From Faecalibacterium sp. (GTDB lineage: Bacteria > Bacillota > Clostridia > Oscillospirales > Ruminococcaceae), in NCBI GenBank assembly GCA_050873025.1, contig JBNMHZ010000015.1, positions 15-64,014 on the forward strand: a stretch of 64,000 bases of DNA, given 5' to 3'. Below the pieces are notes generated by a model that was given only the letters and a program-made list of their open reading frames with translations, was not told the origin of the DNA and did not search any database. Positions 7,806 through 15,381 of the stretch are shown piece after piece (positions within the stretch are counted from its first letter, which is position 1; each line of letters starts with the position of its first letter). A program made the translations under genes and the position numbers.

Positions 7806-8840
7806 GTGACGAAGAAAAAAATTGGCGTTCTGGGTGCAGGCACCTGGGGCATGGCGCTGGCACGGATGCTGTGCGTCAGCGGCAATGAGGTGCAGGTGTG
7901 GTCGGCCATTGAAGCCGAGGTGGACAGCCTTTCCGCTACCCGGGTGCACCCCAACCTGCCGGGAATGAAGATCCCGGCCGAGCTGCAGTTTACCAAGAGC
8001 ATTGAGGAAGTGTGTACCGGCAAGGATGTGCTGCTGTTTGCAGTGCCGTCGGTGTTTGTGCGCTCCACTGCGGCCAAGGCCCGGCCCTACATCCCGGACG
8101 GCCAGATCATCGTGGATGTGGCCAAGGGCATGGAGCCGGATACCTTATATACCATGACCGAGGTCATGGCAGACGAGCTGAACAAAGAGGGCGGCCCGAA
8201 GAACGTGAAGCTGGTGGCCCTGTCCGGCCCCACCCACGCCGAGGAAGTGGCGCTGGATCTGCCCACCACCATTGTTTCGGCCTGCCCGGATGAAGCTGCC
8301 GCAGAGTATGTGCAGGATGTGTTCAGCAACACCTGTATGCGTGTGTACACCAATGCCGACATCAAGGGCGTGGAGCTGAGCGGTGCACTGAAAAACGTCA
8401 TTGCGCTGGGCGTGGGCATCTCCACCGGCCTTGGCTATGGCGACAACGCCCGTGCGGCCCTTATTACCCGCGGCATTGCCGAGATCGCCCGGCTGGGCGT
8501 GGCCATGGGCTGCAACATCCACACCTTTGCAGGCCTGGCCGGCATCGGTGACCTGATCGTGACGGCCACCAGTATGCACAGCCGCAACAACCGCGCCGGC
8601 ATCCTGATCGGTAAGGGCGAAAGCCCGGAGCAGGCCGTGAAGGAAGTGGGCATGGTGGTGGAAGGCATCAACGCCCTGCCCGCCGCTATGGAACTGGCCG
8701 CAAAGTACAATGTGGAAATGCCCATTGTGCGGACGGTGAACGCCATCGTGAAGGAGGGCATGAGCGCCAGCGACGCTTTGCGCACCCTGATGGATCGCAA
8801 CCGCAAAAACGAGATGCCGCAGGGATACGAAAAGGTCTGA
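7806..8840 (+). CDS. gpsA: NAD(P)H-dependent glycerol-3-phosphate dehydrogenase
   Basis: 344 aa. Contains the Rossmann motif IGVLGAGTWGMALA and LSGPTHAEEV, GALKNVIALGVG, NRAGILIGKG. GTG start with a GGAGGA RBS. Confidence 0.93.
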   Translation: MTKKKIGVLGAGTWGMALARMLCVSGNEVQVWSAIEAEVDSLSATRVHPNLPGMKIPAELQFTKSIEEVCTGKDVLLFAVPSVFVRSTAAKARPYIPDGQIIVDVAKGMEPDTLYTMTEVMADELNKEGGPKNVKLVALSGPTHAEEVALDLPTTIVSACPDEAAAEYVQDVFSNTCMRVYTNADIKGVELSGALKNVIALGVGISTGLGYGDNARAALITRGIAEIARLGVAMGCNIHTFAGLAGIGDLIVTATSMHSRNNRAGILIGKGESPEQAVKEVGMVVEGINALPAAMELAAKYNVEMPIVRTVNAIVKEGMSASDALRTLMDRNRKNEMPQGYEKV

Positions 8841-8885
8841 GTGGCGGGTCTGAGACCGCAAGAGCGGTAAAAGCATTTTTCTGTG

Positions 8886-8927
8886 AAAAAGCAGCCGGAT
8901 GGAAAATTTTCATCCGGCTGCTTTTTT
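8886..8927 (+). terminator. Rho-independent terminator after gpsA
   Basis: Hairpin AAAAAGCAGCCGGATG-loop-CATCCGGCTGCTTTTTT. Confidence 0.75.
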
Positions 8928-9031
8928 GACTGCCAAAACGGCTCTTTGTGTATCACTTTTGTATTTCTTGGGGTGCTATACTGACAGCAGTGTACAAATT
9001 GGGTTTCTTTTCCGGGATGGAAAAAATTACC

Positions 9032-9042
9032 GGGGGGGGGGG
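9032..9042 (+). repeat. G11 homopolymer tract
   Basis: Eleven consecutive G. It lies 5 nt upstream of the in-frame ATG at 9048 and 75 nt upstream of the ATG at 9117 of the large surface-protein gene. Confidence 0.95.
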
Positions 9043-9116
9043 ACGCAATGACAAAAATTGGCTTGTTTTGGCGGGAAACCCTGCCAAAACAAGCCGGAGT
9101 GAAAGGCGGTTTTGTT

Positions 9117-12100
9117 ATGCGTTTGAAGCATCCCATTCGACAAGGTGTGGCAGTTTTTGCAGCAGCAGGCATTCTGATGACCAGTATGGCCCCGGCAGCA
9201 CTGGCAAAGGATTATTGGATCGGCGACGGAGATCTGGAGATCGAGTATAAGGAAGACGGATACTACATCAACGGCACGCGGGACGAGGAAGAGGATGGCA
9301 ACATTACCATCCACGGCGGCTCTTCTGCGTCCGGCCAGACAAGTGAGGAAGAGCAGGCGGAACCGGCAGCGGAGGAGAAGCTTCCCGATGCGGCAGACAC
9401 CGTGACGGAAGATGAATCCGAGAAAGATGCGGCTGCTGAGGAGAAAGTGACGGAATCCGACGAAGAAGAGCCTGAACTGCCGCAGGCAGAGGAAGCGGAA
9501 GAAAGCACCGAAGCTGCTCCGGAAGATGCGGAAAAAGACGCAGAAGAAGCGGAGATTCCCGCAGCGGAAGAGGCTGAACCGGAGAAAGCCAAAGAAAAGA
9601 CACCGGAAAAAACAGAAACCGCACCGGCGGCCGCCGGGCAGGCTGTGGAAGAACAGCAGGAACCGGAAGAGGAAATCACCTATCAGGAAGAAGCAGAAGA
9701 ACCTGAAAATACCAGCTTTGTGGGTAATGTGATCACGATCATCAACAATGCTGTGGATAAGATCCTGAATATCACGTTTGATAATGTGAAGATAGACGCC
9801 AGCAAAAAGGGGGAAGCCGCCGTTACCGTAAAAGGCGATGGAGACATCCGCATTGAGCTGGAAGGCGAAAGCGAAGTAAAAAGCGGCAATGAACATGCAG
9901 GCATTGAGAAGAACGATGATGCATCAAAAGGCACACTGACCATTACCGACAAAGACAATGACGGCAGCCTGAAGGCGATCGGCGGCACGAGCTATGGCGC
10001 AGGCGGCGCGGTGCGTACCGGCGGTGCAGGCATCGGTTCCAGTGGTACAACGGATGTGACGGAAGGCAGGAATACTTCCAATATCACGATCGAAGGCGGC
10101 ACCATTGAAGCGGTCGGCGGCGCAGATTCTGCCGGTATCGGCGGCGGTGCCGGCACAGATCATTGGGATAGAAATGCCCAAAAAACAACGATCGCCGGAG
10201 GAAACGCCAGTAACATCACCATCCGCGGCGGTAATGTGACGGCAACGGCAGGCAGTGCGGCAAATCCGGATGCCGACAGGGGCGGCCTGGTCTCGACCGG
10301 CGGCGCCGGCATTGGCGGCGGCAGCCATGGCGATGGCTCAGACATCACAATCTCCGGCGGCACAGTCACAGCCAGCGGTGCGGCCCGCGTGGACGGAAAA
10401 TTTGGCGGTGCCGGCATCGGCGGCGGAAACCATGGCAATGGCAGCAATATCACCATCACCGGCGAAGGCACTACAGTCAATGCACAGGGCGGCAGCGCTG
10501 CTGCCGGCATCGGCGGTGGTGACGGCAGTACAAGGTTCGATGGGGAATACCGGGGCGGCAACGGCAGCGGCATCACGATCGAAAAGGGCAGCCAGGTTAC
10601 CGCAGTGAGCGGCGGCCAGAATGCAGAAGGTGCAGCCGGAATTGGCGGCGGTATGTATGGCAACGGCTCTGACATCAAGATCAACGACAGCAAGACGACC
10701 GTTACGGCAGAAGGAAACTATGGTGCCGGCATTGGCGGCGGCTACGGCGGCAATGGCACCGACATTACCATTACCGGCGGCACCGTGACGGCCACGGGCG
10801 GCAAGGACAGCGCCGGTATCGGCGGCGGTTCCTATAAGGGCGGCAGCAAGGACAACGGCGGCAAGGGCTCCGATATCACCATCCGCGGCGGCAATGTGAC
10901 GGCTGTCGGCGGTAAGAGCGGTGCCGGTATTGGCGGCGGCATGGGCGGCTGGAATAAAGAAGGCACCGGTAACGGTTCACACATCACCATTTCCGGCAGC
11001 GACACGGTTGTGAACGCAACGGGCGGTGCTTCCGGTGCAGGCATCGGCGGAGGCTGCTATGGAGATGGTGTGGATATCACCATCTCCGGCGGCACGGTCC
11101 ATGCAGGCACAGAAGAAAGTGATGCAGGAGCTGCGGGCATTGGCGGCGGCTTCCGATACGGTTCCAGCTGCGGCGGGGCCGGTACGGATATCAAGATCAC
11201 AGGCGGTACTGTAAATGCAGCCGGTACGGGCGGCAGCGCAGGAATCGGCGGTTCCGCCAACAGCAAAAAGGAAAGCACCGTGACCATTGATGCTTCCACG
11301 GGCGATACGGTGGTAAATGCAACGACCATGGGCGGCAGTGCGGCCATTGGCAACGGCGGTGACCAGAAAGACAAGCCCAATATCGTGCGGGAAGCACTGG
11401 GCGAAGTGCACAAGGCGATCGTGAATTTCTTTACGGCAGACGGTCTGTACAAGACGATCCACAACACAGCTTACGTTGGCAATGGCGCGGAACACCACTG
11501 GGACAGCGGTACGGTTTTAAAGGCACCCACCTGCCTGGAAAAGGGTGAGATGCTTTATACCTGCACGGTTGGCGCGTGCGGAGCGACCACGACGGCAGAG
11601 ATCGATGCTGCAGGGCACAGCTGGACGGACTGGATAGTGACCAAAACGCCGACCTGCACGGAAGCAGGAGAACGTCAGCGTGAGTGTACAGCTTGCCATA
11701 AAGTGGAAAGCGAAACGGTGGAACCCACCGGCCATCTGCACACCGAAACGCGCAATGCTGTGAGCGCAGACTGCACGGCATCGGGCTACAGCGGTGACCT
11801 TTACTGCGCAGACTGCGATGCACTGCTGGAAAAAGGCGAAAGCATTTCTGCCCTTGGCCACAGCTGGGGTACGTGGAGCGTGACCGAAGCACCTACGGAC
11901 ACCCAGCAGGGCACCGAGGAACGCACTTGTGAGCGCTGCGGCTCCAGCGAGAGCCGGACGATCGCTCCGCTGGGCCTGCAGAAAACGGCACCGCGCCTGC
12001 ATGTGCTGGATAAAGAAGAGGCAGACCGATTCTTTGACACCGTGCCGAACAGCGATGTGCTGACGGTGGTTTCGGAGTATGAACAGGCCACGACCCTTAC

Positions 12101-12302
12101 CGGCATTGGCAAAATGGTGAATGAGCTGACGGTGCAGGGCGTAAGGACGCTGACCTTTGTGACCCCGCAGGGCACCGCAAGCGTGGATGCGCAGGCTCTT
12201 GCAGCACTTTTAGGCGAGGATGGCGAGTTCCGTCTGATCGTGACCGCAGGCGGTGTGGAACTGTGGGTGAACGGTGTGCTGCACAATGAACTTCTGCACT
12301 GA
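9117..12302 (+). CDS. Large secreted repeat protein (adhesin-like): signal peptide, acidic Glu-rich spacer, ~20 GGAGIGGG beta-helix-type repeats, four Cys-rich modules
   Basis: The ORF is open from 9048. A signal peptide (MRLKHPIRQGVAVFAAAGILMTSMAPAALA) starts at the ATG at 9117. Repeats of the form N-I-T-I-x-G-G-x-V-x-A-x-G-G-x-x-x-A-G-I-G-G-G fill 9930-11370. Four GHxW..W.VT..PTCTE.G...R.C..C modules fill 11490-11975. No LPXTG or SLH anchor was seen. Confidence 0.8.
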   Translation: MRLKHPIRQGVAVFAAAGILMTSMAPAALAKDYWIGDGDLEIEYKEDGYYINGTRDEEEDGNITIHGGSSASGQTSEEEQAEPAAEEKLPDAADTVTEDESEKDAAAEEKVTESDEEEPELPQAEEAEESTEAAPEDAEKDAEEAEIPAAEEAEPEKAKEKTPEKTETAPAAAGQAVEEQQEPEEEITYQEEAEEPENTSFVGNVITIINNAVDKILNITFDNVKIDASKKGEAAVTVKGDGDIRIELEGESEVKSGNEHAGIEKNDDASKGTLTITDKDNDGSLKAIGGTSYGAGGAVRTGGAGIGSSGTTDVTEGRNTSNITIEGGTIEAVGGADSAGIGGGAGTDHWDRNAQKTTIAGGNASNITIRGGNVTATAGSAANPDADRGGLVSTGGAGIGGGSHGDGSDITISGGTVTASGAARVDGKFGGAGIGGGNHGNGSNITITGEGTTVNAQGGSAAAGIGGGDGSTRFDGEYRGGNGSGITIEKGSQVTAVSGGQNAEGAAGIGGGMYGNGSDIKINDSKTTVTAEGNYGAGIGGGYGGNGTDITITGGTVTATGGKDSAGIGGGSYKGGSKDNGGKGSDITIRGGNVTAVGGKSGAGIGGGMGGWNKEGTGNGSHITISGSDTVVNATGGASGAGIGGGCYGDGVDITISGGTVHAGTEESDAGAAGIGGGFRYGSSCGGAGTDIKITGGTVNAAGTGGSAGIGGSANSKKESTVTIDASTGDTVVNATTMGGSAAIGNGGDQKDKPNIVREALGEVHKAIVNFFTADGLYKTIHNTAYVGNGAEHHWDSGTVLKAPTCLEKGEMLYTCTVGACGATTTAEIDAAGHSWTDWIVTKTPTCTEAGERQRECTACHKVESETVEPTGHLHTETRNAVSADCTASGYSGDLYCADCDALLEKGESISALGHSWGTWSVTEAPTDTQQGTEERTCERCGSSESRTIAPLGLQKTAPRLHVLDKEEADRFFDTVPNSDVLTVVSEYEQATTLTGIGKMVNELTVQGVRTLTFVTPQGTASVDAQALAALLGEDGEFRLIVTAGGVELWVNGVLHNELLH

Positions 12303-12337
12303 GCGATGATCGCATTTTGAACGATAAGACCTGAACG

Positions 12338-12384
12338 GCAAAGCCTCCGGGATGCTGGATATGCGTACCGGGGGCTTTGCTTTT
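12338..12384 (+). terminator. Rho-independent terminator after the surface-protein gene
   Basis: Hairpin GCAAAGCCTCCGG...CCGGGGGCTTTGC followed by TTTT. Confidence 0.6.
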
Positions 12385-12523
12385 GCAAGAATGATTCAAA
12401 CTTTTTACTGAAACCAGACACAAAAGGGTAGAAGGTGGGGGAACTTTCTGCTATACTAAAACAGAACGCAAGACCGGCGGGCTGTTTTGTGCACTCTGCC
12501 GGGGCAAAAGGGAGGAATCTGCC

Positions 12524-13321
12524 ATGCCGTCAACCTATGCGCACCGCCGCTTTGGTGCCAATGTGCTGGAACACCTGCCGGACGAGGTGCGGGTGCAGCT
12601 GGAAATGAACCGTGAGCTTTATGATATCGGCCTGCACGGGCCGGATCTGCTGTTCTATTACCATGCGGCAAGCTCCAACCCGGTAAGCGCGCTGGGCAAC
12701 GCCATGCACGAAAAGCCCGGCCGCGTGTTTTTTGACCGTGCCCGCGGCGTGGTAAATGCCGAGAACGACCGCGCCGCCGCGCTGGCCTATGCCATCGGCT
12801 TTATCTGCCATTTTGCGCTGGACAGCACCTGCCACCCCTACGTGGAGCAGTACACCCGCGAAAGCGGCGTGACCCACTGCGAAATTGAGACCGAGTTTGA
12901 CAACGTGCTGCTGCGCCGGGACGGATACGACCCGCTCAAGTTCTTTACGGCAAGCCATATCCACCCTTCGGAGAGGAACGCAAAGGTCATTGCACCGTTC
13001 TACGAGGGTATCTCCGAGCAGGTAGCACTGGATTCCATCAAGGGCATGATCTCGGTGCACAAGCTGCTGCAGGCTTCCAACCCCGTCAAGCGCTGGGTGG
13101 TGCTGACCGGCATGAAAGTGGTGGGCAAATATGATATGCTGCACGGTCTTGTGGCGAACCCAAAGCCGAACCCGAAGTGCGTGGAGAGCGGCAAGCAGTT
13201 GGAAGCACTGTATGCAAAAGCTCTGCCGCTGGCGGAACGGCTGATTCTGGAGTTTGTGGCAAAACTGGATACCGACGAGCCGCTGGATAAGGCCTACGAC
13301 CATACATTCGGGGAGTTTTGA
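12524..13321 (+). CDS. Zinc-dependent phospholipase C-like family protein
   Basis: 265 aa. The His-rich N-terminus (PSTYAHRRFG, GLHGPDLLFYYH, FICHFALDSTCHPYV) resembles the zinc-dependent PLC-like fold family. No signal peptide. Confidence 0.55.
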   Translation: MPSTYAHRRFGANVLEHLPDEVRVQLEMNRELYDIGLHGPDLLFYYHAASSNPVSALGNAMHEKPGRVFFDRARGVVNAENDRAAALAYAIGFICHFALDSTCHPYVEQYTRESGVTHCEIETEFDNVLLRRDGYDPLKFFTASHIHPSERNAKVIAPFYEGISEQVALDSIKGMISVHKLLQASNPVKRWVVLTGMKVVGKYDMLHGLVANPKPNPKCVESGKQLEALYAKALPLAERLILEFVAKLDTDEPLDKAYDHTFGEF

Positions 13322-13346
13322 GCAGGCGATAGGGCTGCGTGCTGGT

Positions 13347-13447
13347 AGCTTTCTCCTCGGACACGAATCGGGCCATTCCATCGCCCGCCCTATTGCCCTG
13401 CGGGCAACAGGGTCCCACCCCAGCGGACGGTCCTCAGAGAAACTACC
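13347..13447 (+). repeat. R2 interspersed repeat, copy b
   Basis: Near-identical to the reverse complement of 5809-5907 and to 18160-18366. It lies 26 nt downstream of the stop at 13321. Confidence 0.85.
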
Positions 13448-13520
13448 ACCCCACAGCCGGAAAAACATCATCTGGCAATAAAAAGAGAGTGCGCCGCCCG
13501 GCGGTGTGAGAGGAAACAAG

Positions 13521-14777
13521 ATGCAAAATGAAAAATTCAAGGTGACGCCGCTGGAACGTGCGTGGATCCTGTACGATGTGGGTAACTCGGCCTTTGTGCT
13601 GATGATCGCAACGCTGGTGCCCATCTTCTTCAACGCGCTGGCGGAGGCCGGGGGCCTGAGCAAGGTGAACTATCTGGCCTACTGGGGCTATGCAAGCTCG
13701 GTGGTCACGGTCATCACCGCCGTGCTGGGGCCCATCCTCGGCACGCTGGCGGATACAAAGGGCTTCAAAAAGCCCATCTTTATGCTGTGCCTGTTTGTGG
13801 GCGTCATCGGCTGCTGCGCCATGGGCATGGCCGCAACCTGGCTGCCGTTCCTCATCATTTTTATCATTGCGAAGATCGGCTTCTCGGGCAGTCTGGTGTT
13901 CTACGATTCCATGCTGGGCGACGTGACCACACCGGAGCGCATGGACGCCGTTTCCTCCCAGGGTTACGCCTGGGGTTACATTGGCAGCTGTGTGCCCTTT
14001 GTGGTGTGTCTGGCGCTGGTGCTGGGCAGCGGTGCCATTGGCCTGAGCCAGATGACCGCCCTTTCCATTGCGCTGCTCATCACGGCCGCATGGTGGCTGG
14101 GCACCACCCTGCCGCTGCTGCGCCGATACAAGCAGATCAACTATGTGGAGGTGGAGCGGCACGCCATCCGCCAGAGCTTTGTGCGCATCGGCCACACCCT
14201 CAAGCACCTGCATGAGGACAAACAGGTGTTCTGGTTTTTGCTGGCGTTCTTCTGCTACATCGACGGCGTGTACACCATCATCGATATGGCAACGGCCTAC
14301 GGCACGGCGCTGGGGCTGGACACCACAGGCCTTTTGCTGGCACTGCTGGTGACCCAGATCGTGGCCTTCCCGTCGGCGCTGATCTTTGGCCGTCTGAGCG
14401 CAAAATACCCGTCCAGCCAGCTCATTCCCGTGTGCATCGCAGCCTACACCGGCATTGCGGTGTTCGCATTCTTCCTGACCAAACAGTGGCAGTTCTGGGT
14501 GCTGGCCGTGGTGGTGGGCATGTTCCAGGGCGGGGTGCAGGCGCTGAGCCGCAGCCACTTTGCCAAGATCATCCCGGCGGAAAAATCCGGCGAATACTTC
14601 GGCCTGTTCGATATCTGCGGCAAGGGGGCGTCCTTCCTTGGCACCATGATTGTAAGCGTGGGCAGCCAGCTGACCGGCAGCGCCAATGTGGGCATTGGAA
14701 TGCTGGCACTGCTGTTTGCCGTGGGCTTTGTGCTGTTCCGGGTCTCCTGTAAAACTGAGGGCGCAAAACAGGTGTAA
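13521..14777 (+). CDS. MFS transporter (UMF1/Atg22-like family)
   Basis: The ORF is open from GTG 13506, but the ATG at 13521 has a GAGAGGAAA RBS. About 12 TM segments. The N-terminus (ERAWILYDVGNSAF) is typical of this family. Confidence 0.75.
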   Translation: MQNEKFKVTPLERAWILYDVGNSAFVLMIATLVPIFFNALAEAGGLSKVNYLAYWGYASSVVTVITAVLGPILGTLADTKGFKKPIFMLCLFVGVIGCCAMGMAATWLPFLIIFIIAKIGFSGSLVFYDSMLGDVTTPERMDAVSSQGYAWGYIGSCVPFVVCLALVLGSGAIGLSQMTALSIALLITAAWWLGTTLPLLRRYKQINYVEVERHAIRQSFVRIGHTLKHLHEDKQVFWFLLAFFCYIDGVYTIIDMATAYGTALGLDTTGLLLALLVTQIVAFPSALIFGRLSAKYPSSQLIPVCIAAYTGIAVFAFFLTKQWQFWVLAVVVGMFQGGVQALSRSHFAKIIPAEKSGEYFGLFDICGKGASFLGTMIVSVGSQLTGSANVGIGMLALLFAVGFVLFRVSCKTEGAKQV

Positions 14778-14782
14778 AAACA

Positions 14783-14835
14783 CGATTTGAGTTGTCTCCG
14801 CTTCGCTCTGACAATATCAGAGGAAATATTATTTT
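14783..14835 (+). repeat. R1 repeat, copy c
   Basis: cgatttgagttgtctccgcttcgctctgacaatatcagagg. It lies 6 nt downstream of the MFS stop, in sense orientation. Confidence 0.75.
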
Positions 14836-14845
14836 ATTAGTTTGT

Positions 14846-14885
14846 AACTCCGAAACGACTGCGGCCGTTTCGGAGTTGCTTTTTC
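14846..14885 (+). terminator. Rho-independent terminator after the MFS gene
   Basis: Hairpin AACTCCGAAACG-loop-CGTTTCGGAGTT followed by gcTTTTT. Confidence 0.7.
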
Positions 14886-15094
14886 ACCGGAGGGGCTATA
14901 ATGACAAACGACATCTTGCCGCTGTCAGCCTTCGGCTGCCGCACGGCAGACAGATAGAGCACAAACTTATCCGTATGCTTCGTCGCGTAAGCAACTCTCA
15001 ATCGGCGGAACACAAAAATCTTCTAGCGAAGCGGCTTGGATTTTTTGTATGGAGCCTTTCTGCTTTGGGGTTATCAGGGGCGTGCAGCCCCTAG

Positions 15095-15261
15095 TTTGCA
15101 ACAGCAACGACCGCCGCCAGCGGCAAAAAGACTTCCCCCGGCCGGGGAAGATGTCGCGCAGCGGCAAAAAGGAAAATACAGGGAGGAGCTGTTGGAGCCG
15201 CGGCCTGCAAGATACAAGTGCCGCCCAAGGCACGAAGCAGACGCAGGGAGCCGCAACTCGT
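15095..15261 (+). repeat. R3 interspersed repeat (~110-170 nt), copy 1
   Basis: The core ggagctgttggagccgcggcctgcaagatacaagtgccgcccaaggcacgaagcagacgcagggagccgcaac recurs at 35400-35570. It recurs in reverse at 18180-18290 and twice in 49575-49845. Confidence 0.8.
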
Positions 15262-15381
15262 AAACGGAGGCCATTCTAAATTGTTTTGCGAGTTATTATT
15301 AACAAACCTGTAATTGTCTTTTTGAGCAGTGAATGATACAATAGTGTCAAATGATTTCAAAACCGCAAAGGAGAACCTGCA

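Noticed and set aside
9048-9116. The upstream in-frame ATG as the start of the surface protein.
   Set aside because: It was not adopted as the primary call because the canonical signal peptide begins at the Met at 9117. It is kept as an alternative start because the G11 tract could serve as its ribosome-binding site.
9280-9715. Repetitive GAAGA/GAGGA-rich DNA as a CRISPR-like or tandem-repeat array.
   Set aside because: The repetition is codon-level (Glu/Ala/Pro-rich acidic linker) inside a continuous ORF. There are no regular repeat-spacer units.
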